A stretch of 64,000 bases of DNA from an uncultured Bacteroidota bacterium (GCA_963701015.1 OY969556.1:3628424-3692423), one strand, 5' to 3'; positions 8,288 to 16,428 are shown, numbered from the stretch's first letter. Translations and numbers: made by a program. Notes: a model not told the origin generated them from the sequence alone.

Positions 8288-9502
8288 TTATCTTCTCATT
8301 GCCTTTGTTATATCTAATTTATACAATGAATATAATGGAAACAGGAACACAATAATAATTATAGCAAATACAATATATACCTGTTGTATAATATAATCAA
8401 ACTGCCATGCTGTAGGTAAAATAGGTTCTAAGCCAAATGTTGAATAAGTATTCGCCATACTGGCAGACATACTTATAGGATGAAAATGAAAATAAGCAAC
8501 AATCGGAAGGCTAAACAGAAAACCAAAAAATAAACCCAGCAGACATATAAATATAAGTTCCATTGAAACCATTGAAACAAGTCTATGACGTTTCATCCCA
8601 ACAGTCATCATTATTCCAAACTCGTGTTGCCGTTCTGCTATCATCATTAAAACCGTTCCAAACACACCAAAGCCAACAATGAGGTATAACAATAAAATTA
8701 ATATCATGCTGCTACCCTGCTTGCTTATATATATCTGATAAAGTTCTACCAGCATTTCTTTCCACGACATTACTTCGAAATGATTAGGACCAATAACCTT
8801 ATTAATTTTCGAAACTATTTTATCCATATCTTGTGGATTGTTTAAATCAACTACCATTGAAGTAATCCTTCCCGGAGCTGAATAATAATCCTGGGCGACA
8901 GGAAGTGGCATAAAAACCATCTGGTTATCATACTCCGGTGCCGGAAGTTTCACAATGCCTATAATTCTATATATGCCATTGGCTCCCATGCCTTGATAAC
9001 CTTGACTTAGCAATACAATAGAATCATTTGTTTTCAGGTTAAGATATTTTGAAAGTCTTTCAGATAAAATTACGCCAGTGTCTATAAGGCTGAAATACCT
9101 GCCTGCCACAATTCTTTTGTCTAAGCCTGTAAATTCTTTTTCCAATAATGGATTAACCCCAACAGTAATAACACCTTTCGTTTTTTCACCGGTTGATGCT
9201 AGTGAAAACGATTCGAGGCGAGGAATTAACCCTTTAACCTGAGGAATTGATTTTATCTTTAGAAACGTGGGGTTGTCAGCAGCCATGCTGTAATCGAAGG
9301 TTTTATTGTCCCAGTATCCTTTATCATGAACCTGAACATAACCTGTATAGGAATGAAGAACACCATCAATAAGATTCAGCCACACACCCAGATTAAAGCC
9401 GCGCATTAAAATAGAAAAGAAAACAGCAAAAAATACCGAAGCCATTGTTATTAATGTTCGGCGCTTGTTCCGCCATAAGTTTCGCCAGGCTAATTTTATC
9501 AT
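8288..9502 (-). CDS. ABC transporter permease, MacB-like periplasmic domain plus FtsX domain
   Basis: Probable ATG at 9502 (MIKLAWRNLWRNKRRT...); the ORF track extends to a GTG at 9523. Same architecture as the neighbouring permease. Confidence 0.85.
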   Translation of the reverse strand: MIKLAWRNLWRNKRRTLITMASVFFAVFFSILMRGFNLGVWLNLIDGVLHSYTGYVQVHDKGYWDNKTFDYSMAADNPTFLKIKSIPQVKGLIPRLESFSLASTGEKTKGVITVGVNPLLEKEFTGLDKRIVAGRYFSLIDTGVILSERLSKYLNLKTNDSIVLLSQGYQGMGANGIYRIIGIVKLPAPEYDNQMVFMPLPVAQDYYSAPGRITSMVVDLNNPQDMDKIVSKINKVIGPNHFEVMSWKEMLVELYQIYISKQGSSMILILLLYLIVGFGVFGTVLMMIAERQHEFGIMMTVGMKRHRLVSMVSMELIFICLLGLFFGFLFSLPIVAYFHFHPISMSASMANTYSTFGLEPILPTAWQFDYIIQQVYIVFAIIIIVFLFPLYSLYKLDITKAMRR

Positions 9503-9541
9503 AGTAATTAGTGATTTGTGCACAGTGCTAAGTAAACCGTG

Positions 9542-9910
9542 CTATTTTTTAGACTTATAGTAATTTATTGTCCCGTTTATTAGTTTTTTACATTCAGTTA
9601 TAATCTCCAGCAATTCGTTCAATTCAGATTCATTAATGTATGTTTGATCAAAAGAAAGGTAAAGCTGTGTTTCCAATTCATATAATGAACCACGTGAGTA
9701 ATTGAGAAATTGAATTGTTTCATTTTTCTGCAACCGTCCAATTCCCTCTGCAATATTTGATGGGACAGAAACACATGATCTTCTCATTTGATTGGTCAAA
9801 CTATATATTTCTTCCTTTGGAAATTTTTTGGTAACGTTATACAACTTATTTACCAACAACCTGGATTTTTTCCAGACATCCATTTCAATATATGATTTAC
9901 TATTATCCAT
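9542..9910 (-). CDS. Four-helix-bundle protein (23S rRNA intervening-sequence protein family)
   Basis: 122 aa with family hallmarks LTNQMRRSCVSVPSNIAEG and SLYELETQL. Same strand as the host operon and wedged between its genes. Confidence 0.85.
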   Translation of the reverse strand: MDNSKSYIEMDVWKKSRLLVNKLYNVTKKFPKEEIYSLTNQMRRSCVSVPSNIAEGIGRLQKNETIQFLNYSRGSLYELETQLYLSFDQTYINESELNELLEIITECKKLINGTINYYKSKK

Positions 9911-9981
9911 TGCTATAATTATATTTTAAGATTTCTAAACTAAGTGCTCAGCACTAAGCACTATATTCTAGGCACTATACA

Positions 9982-10731
9982 CTACCTAATCTTCTTCATA
10001 TTTTGCTGTGAAAAGAAATCATCGCCAATAGGTTTGTTAAATATGGCTTTGTCAAAATCGACAATTGTTTTATTGCCCGGCTTATCTGCTGGAATAATTT
10101 CGAAATGTGATGGAATTTCCCTATCGCCCATTAACTTGATTTTAGAAGCTGATTCAGTCTTTACAAGTTGTGAATCTTCATCATAATATTCAGTTTTCAT
10201 TTGAAAATATCCTTTTTTGCTTATCCATTTTATTAGCGAACCCCAAACAATTGCTGCGTTTTCTTTGGGCACAAGTTTAATTTTGTAACATTCTTCGCCA
10301 TTGCACATTTCACTTCCAATTAAAGTCTGGTCATAATCGTCAACAATGGAAGCTGCTTTGAGTAAATCGTCATTTGTAAAATCTGAACCCATCCAGCCTT
10401 GCGACATCATTGATGGCGGTAATTTTATCATTCGCTGGATATTCGGCATCCAGTTCCATATTTCATTTTTGCGTTTCAAAAATGCCTGACCTTTTTCTTT
10501 GGCAGGTTCTGTTATTACAGCCAAACTATACTCACTTCCTTTTGCCCATGAATGAAATGCAATGGTACGTTCCCAGGTTGGGCGTACTATGCTCATTCGC
10601 ATATAACTTTCGTTGGTTTGACCCTGCATCAGGTCGTTAGCTTTTTTAACAATTTCTTTGGCCGATGGTTGTTGCGAAAAAGCTGCTATTGCTAAAAAAA
10701 TCAGGATGGATGAGATTTTCAAAAATTTCAT
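9982..10731 (-). CDS. LolA-like outer-membrane lipoprotein-sorting protein
   Basis: 249 aa with a signal peptide. The sequence pattern (...RMSIVRPTWERTIAFHSWAKG...FLKRKNEIWNWMPNIQRMIKLPPSMMSQGWMGSDFTNDDL...) matches the LolA_like family that usually accompanies FtsX/ABC pairs. Confidence 0.7.
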   Translation of the reverse strand: MKFLKISSILIFLAIAAFSQQPSAKEIVKKANDLMQGQTNESYMRMSIVRPTWERTIAFHSWAKGSEYSLAVITEPAKEKGQAFLKRKNEIWNWMPNIQRMIKLPPSMMSQGWMGSDFTNDDLLKAASIVDDYDQTLIGSEMCNGEECYKIKLVPKENAAIVWGSLIKWISKKGYFQMKTEYYDEDSQLVKTESASKIKLMGDREIPSHFEIIPADKPGNKTIVDFDKAIFNKPIGDDFFSQQNMKKIR

Positions 10732-10751
10732 AACTATATATTTTTCAATAA

Positions 10752-11243
10752 TTACTTAAAATGCACATATCCAAATAAAATTACACTCCAAAAACAAATA
10801 ATAATTGCCAACCCTATTAAAAGTACAATCATGTTTTTAATCCTGTAGCGGATTGAAATGATTAATTCTTTTGTTTTCTTATTTATATAGAAATGGCTAA
10901 TGGCCAAAAGGTTTATTATTATTGCCAATAACGGTAATACTAAAAATACCAAAGGAATAAGCCATAACAAATAAGTTTCATGGTCAGTTTTAGCCATTAT
11001 GTTTTGAAAAGTAGCAGGGAAATCGATACTTAAAAAGAAATGTAGCTTTAAGTAAATGACAAGAACCACTAAGGCTGGTACAAGAATAAAAATAGTCCCG
11101 ATCCGTGATGATTTCCGCGCACTCATAATACTTATTTTCATCATTTCCTGATGCTTTACAAAATCCGTTTCGGGGGCATCCAGGTTCTCCATTTTTTGTT
11201 CAAAATCGTTTTTCATAGCATTGAATTTTATTCTATAATGCAA
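10752..11243 (-). CDS. Multi-pass membrane protein downstream of the ECF sigma gene (possible anti-sigma partner)
   Basis: 163 aa: a cytoplasmic N-terminus followed by about 4 TM helices, 8 nt after the sigma gene. No recognisable zinc anti-sigma motif. Confidence 0.4.
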   Translation of the reverse strand: MHYRIKFNAMKNDFEQKMENLDAPETDFVKHQEMMKISIMSARKSSRIGTIFILVPALVVLVIYLKLHFFLSIDFPATFQNIMAKTDHETYLLWLIPLVFLVLPLLAIIINLLAISHFYINKKTKELIISIRYRIKNMIVLLIGLAIIICFWSVILFGYVHFK

Positions 11244-11251
11244 AAAATAAA

Positions 11252-11824
11252 TTAGGTTGCACTTTCAAATAAAATTTTGAGTTTTTCGAGCCCTCTTGAA
11301 ACAAGTGACTTTATTGTACCTTCTTTTTTATTAAGAATTTCAGCAATTTCAAGAATTGATTTTTTTTCAAAATAACGTAGAGCAATCACTTCCTGATATT
11401 TAATATCCATCTTTTTCAGACATTGCTGTACTTTCGCAAAATCTTCATCCATCTGCATTTCCTTTTCCAGCAATTGTTTTTCGCTTTGCGATTCTTCAAA
11501 ATCAATAAATTTTTCAGCCGGTATTGAGGAAATATCCTGTAAAAATTTTGCTGTTTTATTTTTCCGGTAATAATAATTTACTTCGTTCGTGGCAATGCGG
11601 TAAAGCCATGTAAGAACTGAAATATCTTTCCACACAAACGACTCGATTTTCAAGTATGCCTTTAAAAAAGTATCAGCGGCAATGTCGCGTGAAATATCAT
11701 AGTCGCCTATACGTTTGAAAATATAATTAAATATACTTTTATAATAGGCATCAAATAATTTCCCAAATAACTCGGGATTATTTTTAATTTGCTTCACCAG
11801 TTGTTTTTCTACTGCCAGTTCCAT
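11252..11824 (-). CDS. ECF-type RNA polymerase sigma-70 family factor
   Basis: 190 aa. Region 2-like (DIAADTFLKAYLKIESF, WLYRIATNEV) and region 4-like (VIALRYFEKKSILEIAEILNKKEGTIKSLVSRGLEKLK) segments. Confidence 0.85.
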   Translation of the reverse strand: MELAVEKQLVKQIKNNPELFGKLFDAYYKSIFNYIFKRIGDYDISRDIAADTFLKAYLKIESFVWKDISVLTWLYRIATNEVNYYYRKNKTAKFLQDISSIPAEKFIDFEESQSEKQLLEKEMQMDEDFAKVQQCLKKMDIKYQEVIALRYFEKKSILEIAEILNKKEGTIKSLVSRGLEKLKILFESAT

Positions 11825-11848
11825 CTAATTCAATTTGATAATGTGCTG

Positions 11849-11903
11849 ATTTGCTAATTTAAAAATTAACGCCCTATTACTTATTCCTTTTAAATTAGCA
11901 AAT
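11849..11903 (-). repeat. Hairpin spacer between tetR and the sigma gene, built from facing word units
   Basis: ATTTGCTAATTT (11849-11860) is the exact reverse complement of AAATTAGCAAAT (11892-11903), with a 31-nt loop. Outer GCTGA/TCAGC extension with a bulge. Confidence 0.6.
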
Positions 11904-11926
11904 TGGCATATTAAATAATCAGCAAA

Positions 11927-12529
11927 TTAATATATTGGTTTTTCAAGTCCTTTCAAAATTTTATCAACTATTTTTTCATCATCAAAATTTGGTGTAGATT
12001 GTATTATATTGATCATTAAACCATCCATAACCGAATTGGTATGAATGGCATCGGCTTTGGGATTTTTTGAACCATTCTTTTTATAATATTTTTCCAATAA
12101 ATCGAATTGCGAAATCATCATATTTTTATAATCCTTGTAAATAATTTCAGTGACTCCCGGTTGAAAAGCCAATGCAAAATACAATCTCCAAAAGTGTAAA
12201 TTGCTCCTCATGATTTCGAAAACTTTTTTAAAGATTTTACGAAATTGGATTGAAGTAAGCATCTCATCAGAAAGGCCTTTATCTAAAAGCTCATTAAATA
12301 TGTCGAAAAAATCTTTGAAACCATGATTTATGACAGCCTTTAAAAGTTCTTCCTTACTTTCGAAATAATTGTAGAGCAAACCTTTGGCAATTCCGGCATG
12401 TTGGGCTATCATACTTATGGACGCACCATGATAACCATAAGTTGCAAAAATCTCCAAAGCAGTTTCGAGGATCAACTCCCTTTTTTCCTGCTTTATTTCT
12501 TCAAATTGTACTTTCGTTTTTGGAGACAT
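11927..12529 (-). CDS. TetR/AcrR-family transcriptional regulator
   Basis: 200 aa with an N-terminal HTH (ALEIFATYGYHGASISMIAQHAGIAKGLLYNYFESKEEL). Confidence 0.9.
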   Translation of the reverse strand: MSPKTKVQFEEIKQEKRELILETALEIFATYGYHGASISMIAQHAGIAKGLLYNYFESKEELLKAVINHGFKDFFDIFNELLDKGLSDEMLTSIQFRKIFKKVFEIMRSNLHFWRLYFALAFQPGVTEIIYKDYKNMMISQFDLLEKYYKKNGSKNPKADAIHTNSVMDGLMINIIQSTPNFDDEKIVDKILKGLEKPIY

Positions 12530-12584
12530 ACTTTATTTAAATTTTAGAACCATGAATCAAGAACCAAGAAAATTAGTTAATTTT

Positions 12585-12606
12585 TTTGACTGAACGTTCG
12601 GTCAAA
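12585..12606. promoter_or_regulatory. 22-bp near-perfect palindrome, candidate TetR operator
   Basis: TTTGACTGAACGTTCGGTCAAA. Half-sites match 8 of 9 around a central AACGTT, 56-77 nt upstream of the tetR start. Confidence 0.5.
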
Positions 12607-12610
12607 GATA
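12603..12610 (-). promoter_or_regulatory. -7 promoter box TATCTTTG for the tetR-led operon, overlapping the palindrome
   Basis: The reverse complement of CAAAGATA matches TAnnTTTG and shares 4 nt with the operator half-site. Confidence 0.45.
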
Positions 12611-12655
12611 AAAATAAATTTTGTTTTAAAAAATGAATAAATAATATTTTTAAAA

Positions 12656-13438
12656 TTATTTCACAACAAGTTCGTAATAACGGTGCAGTATCATTGTATC
12701 GCCATTTTTTGTGCGGAATTTGGCAATTATACTTAACCTCTTTTTATTCATTCTTCCATTTGAAACAGGATATTCGAGTGTTGATACCCCATTAATTATA
12801 GGTATTTTAAAAGCATTGTCGGGCAAATACTTTCCATCAATCAATTCATCATTAAATATTTCAACTCTGTCAACTTCATCAGACGAGATGCTGATTTTTA
12901 AAATAATTTTACTTATAAAACCATGCTCGATTGATTGCTGAATTAAAATTTTTGGTTGATCTGTTATTAATTTACCTTCCTTGTCATATTCTTTTAAACC
13001 AATTGAAGGTTTGCCCATTTTGTAATAATTTTCGGCCTTAAGTTTCCCGTTTGGCCAATAGGTCTTGATTACTCCATCAACCCGGCCTTTTACATAATTG
13101 CTTTCGCGGAACAACATACCTTCTAAATAATACTGTGTTACCGGGCCACATTGGGTGTCATTCTTAAAGAACCCCTTTAACACAGGTTTTCCAATTTCAC
13201 TATTATAATTAATTAGCCAACCTTCACGTTTATCATCAACATATTGAACCGTTGACATTAATCGTCCATGTTCATCGTAATATTTAGTAGTTCCGTTACG
13301 CTTGCCATCTTTAACAGGAGTTTCTGATTTAATATTGCCATTGGGATAATATTCACTTTCGATATTTTTATTGGAATGGTTCCAAAAATTGCATGATACC
13401 AAGGTTGATAAAAAGAAAATTAATCTTAAATTTTTCAT
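12656..13438 (-). CDS. MORN-repeat (YwqK-like) lipoprotein
   Basis: 260 aa with lipobox LVSC. Repeated YYPNGxxK/..G...G...YY..G.L motifs (YYPNGNIKSETPVKDGKRNGTTKYYDEHGRL, KTYWPNGKLKAENYYKMGKP). Confidence 0.6.
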   Translation of the reverse strand: MKNLRLIFFLSTLVSCNFWNHSNKNIESEYYPNGNIKSETPVKDGKRNGTTKYYDEHGRLMSTVQYVDDKREGWLINYNSEIGKPVLKGFFKNDTQCGPVTQYYLEGMLFRESNYVKGRVDGVIKTYWPNGKLKAENYYKMGKPSIGLKEYDKEGKLITDQPKILIQQSIEHGFISKIILKISISSDEVDRVEIFNDELIDGKYLPDNAFKIPIINGVSTLEYPVSNGRMNKKRLSIIAKFRTKNGDTMILHRYYELVVK

Positions 13439-13521
13439 AGTGAATTGAATTGATATTCGAAGTTACAAGGTTTTTTTCTGAAATTATAAGAAATTAACTG
13501 TTTCTATTTAAATAATCCATT

Positions 13522-13529
13522 TAATTTTG
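13522..13529 (+). promoter_or_regulatory. -7 promoter box TAATTTTG
   Basis: TAnnTTTG match 20 nt upstream of the coaD ATG. Confidence 0.35.
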
Positions 13530-13548
13530 AAAATATAAATCATGCAGA

Positions 13549-14025
13549 ATGGAACGTATTGCAATATTCCCCGGATCGTTCGACCCATTTACAATCGGGC
13601 ACGAATCAATAGTTAAAAGAGCGCTGCCGCTTTTCGACAGCATAATAATTGCCATTGGCACCAATACAAATAAAACTGACTTTTTCCCTTTCGAAAAACG
13701 ATTGGAATGGATTAATGAAGTTTTTGAATTGGATGAAAAGATTACAGTTCAAGGTTATTCAGGGCTTACCATAGACTTTTGCAAAAAAGTAAATGCTAAA
13801 TATATAATCCGTGGCTTACGCACATCGGCCGATTTTGAATACGAACGCGCAATTGCCCAAATGAACAAGGCTATGGATGCGAGTATCGAAACTATATTTA
13901 TACTTACCGAACCAGAACATTCGGCTGTAAATTCAACCATTGTGCGCGATATAATCAGACATGGCGGCGATGCAAGCAAATTTTTACCCAATAGCCGCGA
14001 TTTAAAAAATTATAAAATTCACTAA
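13549..14025 (+). CDS. coaD: Phosphopantetheine adenylyltransferase
   Basis: 158 aa, nucleotidyltransferase motif FPGSFDPFTIGHESIV, full-length CoaD-like. Confidence 0.95.
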   Translation: MERIAIFPGSFDPFTIGHESIVKRALPLFDSIIIAIGTNTNKTDFFPFEKRLEWINEVFELDEKITVQGYSGLTIDFCKKVNAKYIIRGLRTSADFEYERAIAQMNKAMDASIETIFILTEPEHSAVNSTIVRDIIRHGGDASKFLPNSRDLKNYKIH

Positions 14026-14035
14026 AACAAAAAAA

Positions 14036-15448
14036 TTGAAAAGTTATCAATTCCTCATTTTTGCATTGTTCCTATTTTGCCCTTCATTAGTAAAAAGTCA
14101 GGTAACATTAACTGGCTCCAACTTAACTTATGCAGGTTCCGACCTTGTTTTCAAAATAAATTCCGATCCATTTACTGGTGATGAAACTGAAATAGGCAGG
14201 TGTAAAGTTGATTCCAATGGTAATTTTTCAGTTGTTTTACCAATAAAGGAACCAACTTATATATTTTCACATCTTGGAATATACTTAGGTTATATGGTTG
14301 CAGAACCAGAAAAAAAATACTTTGTATCAATCCCTGATAAAACTGATAAAACTGAAGCCAATATGCTTAATCCATTTTTTGAAGAAAAGGCTTTTCAGTT
14401 CAAAATAAAAAACCAGGATACAACAGACCTGAATGTACTTATCAAATCATTTGATAATATTTTTAAACCAGATATTGATTCAATCGCCAAACACATATAT
14501 GACCGGAATATAAAAAAACTTATAGATAGTACTGTAATTAATTTACAGAAATTGAGCGAAAATTCAAACGATTACTATTATACGCAGTATGTTAAATACA
14601 ATATAGGATATTTAAAAACACTCACTTATTTACAAAAATCAAAATCAATTTCAAAAGAATATTTTGAACATAGCCCCATATTATACAATAATAATGCTTA
14701 TTTAACGCTGTTCAACCAAATCTTTACCCGGTATTTCTATTTTTTTGGACGCACTACCAAAGGGCAACAAATATATTCCGATATCAATTCATTAAAAAGT
14801 TATTCGAGATTGAATAATACCTTATTAAATGATAGTGTTTTGCAAAACGACACTTTGCGTGAACTGGTTATATTGAAAAATATACATGATGAATTTTATG
14901 CAGCCAACTTTTCGCGGTCGGGATTATTGGCAATACTGGATTCATTAACCGCAACGACCAAAATTGAAAGCCATAAACTTATAGCATCGAATATCCGAAA
15001 AAAAATAACCCGATTAATGCAAGGCTACGAACCTCCCCAATTTTCGTTATATGACAAAGACGGGAACCTTGTTTCACTCTCGGATTTAAAAGGGAAATAT
15101 GTATATCTCAACTTTTGCACCTGTAACAGTTATTCGTGTATTAAAGAATTTGATTTATTAAAAAAGCTTGCCATAAAATATAAAGACTATAAGTTGGTTA
15201 TTGTTACCATTGCTATTGACGAATCGCGCGAGCAAATGGCAAACTATGTAAATAAATCGAAGCTCAACTGGTTGTTTTTATATTATGGCAACCAGCCCGA
15301 TATTTTAAAAACTTATGATATAAGGGCATTCCCCACTTACTACTTAATTGGCCCCGACGGAAAATTGATTATGTCGCCGGCGCCTTCGCCAGGCGAGAAT
15401 TTTGAATTGCAACTTTTCAATATAATGCGCTCACGTGGCAATGTTTAG
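14036..15448 (+). CDS. Secreted protein with a C-terminal TlpA/AhpC-like thioredoxin-fold domain
   Basis: 470 aa, TTG start, signal peptide. C-terminal region (FSLYDKDGNLVSLSDLKGKYVYLNFCTCNSYSC...RAFPTYYLIGPDGKL) resembles TlpA-like oxidoreductases, but the active site reads CTCNSYSC instead of CxxC. Confidence 0.6.
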   Translation: MKSYQFLIFALFLFCPSLVKSQVTLTGSNLTYAGSDLVFKINSDPFTGDETEIGRCKVDSNGNFSVVLPIKEPTYIFSHLGIYLGYMVAEPEKKYFVSIPDKTDKTEANMLNPFFEEKAFQFKIKNQDTTDLNVLIKSFDNIFKPDIDSIAKHIYDRNIKKLIDSTVINLQKLSENSNDYYYTQYVKYNIGYLKTLTYLQKSKSISKEYFEHSPILYNNNAYLTLFNQIFTRYFYFFGRTTKGQQIYSDINSLKSYSRLNNTLLNDSVLQNDTLRELVILKNIHDEFYAANFSRSGLLAILDSLTATTKIESHKLIASNIRKKITRLMQGYEPPQFSLYDKDGNLVSLSDLKGKYVYLNFCTCNSYSCIKEFDLLKKLAIKYKDYKLVIVTIAIDESREQMANYVNKSKLNWLFLYYGNQPDILKTYDIRAFPTYYLIGPDGKLIMSPAPSPGENFELQLFNIMRSRGNV

Positions 15449-15519
15449 AAATTTTCTAACGCCCCCGATTTGGATTTTAAACATTATATTCAATATCTTT
15501 ATAAAGTAAAAATCATTCA

Positions 15520-15887
15520 ATTTTAATACTCTGAGGGTTTGCAAAAACTGGTATTTAATATCGTTTTGGTTCCTATCTCATTCTTTAACATACAGGCCAT
15601 GCAGGGAGTAAGATTGATTCGCTTTTGACAGCTTTAAAGAATGAAAATAATGATACATCAAAACTTCAAACTTTGTCTAATTTTGGCGATATATACTTTT
15701 AGAAATATTCCGAATCATCGCAATTTTTTTATAAAAAGGCTTTAGAATTAACCGAAAATATTACACTTAATTTAAAAGTCAATAAAACTTTTCGTTGAAA
15801 ATTCTTTCATTAAAAGCAAAATCCTTTAATTACGTAGGTAAGTATTATGATATTAAAGGTGAGTATAGTAAGATTCTAAAATAATAA
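15520..15887 (+). pseudogene. Decayed N-terminal fragment of a TPR-type sensor/regulator gene
   Basis: Pieces such as SKIDSLLTALKNENNDTSKLQTLSNFGDIYF*KYSESSQFFYKKALELTENIT and NYVGKYYDIKGEYSKILK are readable only across in-frame stops (TAG 15700-15702, a later TGA) and frame changes. Confidence 0.5.
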
Positions 15888-16077
15888 AGAAACTAATTTC
15901 AAGCAAAGTTTAGTGAGATAATTAAATAATATTTGAATTTAACTAACATCAAAAAAATAAAGAATTAGTGTTGCGCTACTATTTTATAAAATAAAATATA
16001 ATTTTTTATCCTAAATAATTAAATCAATCACTTTTTTCAGATCAATTCAATTAATGTCTATAATCTTGTAAGTTAAA

Positions 16078-16115
16078 ATAAAAAATCTCTTGTAATTTTC
16101 ATATTTACAAGAGAT
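16078..16115 (-). terminator. Intrinsic terminator downstream of tRNA-Gln
   Basis: ATCTCTTGTAA (16085-16095) pairs with TTACAAGAGAT (16105-16115). On the minus strand the stem is followed by a T-run, 15 nt after the tRNA 3' end. Confidence 0.65.
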
Positions 16116-16130
16116 TAACAATTTAAAATG

Positions 16131-16201
16131 TTGACCTACCAGGATTCGAACCTGGACTGACAGAACCAAAATCTGCTGTGCTACCGTTACACAATAGGTC
16201 A
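16131..16201 (-). tRNA. tRNA-Gln (anticodon TTG)
   Basis: Minus strand reads TGACCTA-TT-GTGT-AACGGTA-GCAC-A-GCAGA-TTTTGGT-TCTGT-CAGTC-CAGGT-TCGAATC-CTGGT... closing with TAGGTCA-A. This gives a cloverleaf with a 7-bp acceptor stem, a GTTCGAATC T-loop and TTG in the anticodon loop. Confidence 0.9.
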
Positions 16202-16223
16202 GTACCTGATTTTTTAAGCAGTG

Positions 16224-16231
16224 CAAATTTA
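16224..16231 (-). promoter_or_regulatory. -7 promoter box TAAATTTG for tRNA-Gln
   Basis: TAnnTTTG match on the minus strand, 23 nt upstream of the tRNA 5' end. Confidence 0.4.
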
Positions 16232-16365
16232 TAAAAATTTATTTCTCTTCAGCAATTTTTATTCTAAACAATATTATTTCCTTTAAAAAAATAAATTTCT
16301 TTTCACAAAAATCCTTCAAACTACTCCTTTTATTAAAGTTCAACCTAATCAGAATTTAAACAATA

Positions 16366-16373
16366 TACTTTTG
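16366..16373 (+). promoter_or_regulatory. -7 promoter box TACTTTTG
   Basis: TAnnTTTG match about 55 nt upstream of the ATG at 16429. Confidence 0.4.
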
Positions 16374-16428
16374 CAAAGTATTTAAAATATTTGGTTAACT
16401 TTATTAAAGCACTTTAATTCTTATAAAT

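Noticed and set aside
8043-8396. 117-aa + strand ORF spanning the GC-rich element and both permease ends
   Set aside because: It overlaps two well-supported minus-strand permease genes. Its length is a by-product of the stop-poor GC-rich stretch.
15449-16201. An integrated mobile element at tRNA-Gln
   Set aside because: There is no integrase or other mobile-element gene, and I saw no second copy of the tRNA 3' end that would mark an att site. Only a relic gene fragment remains, so I report it as a possible scar only.
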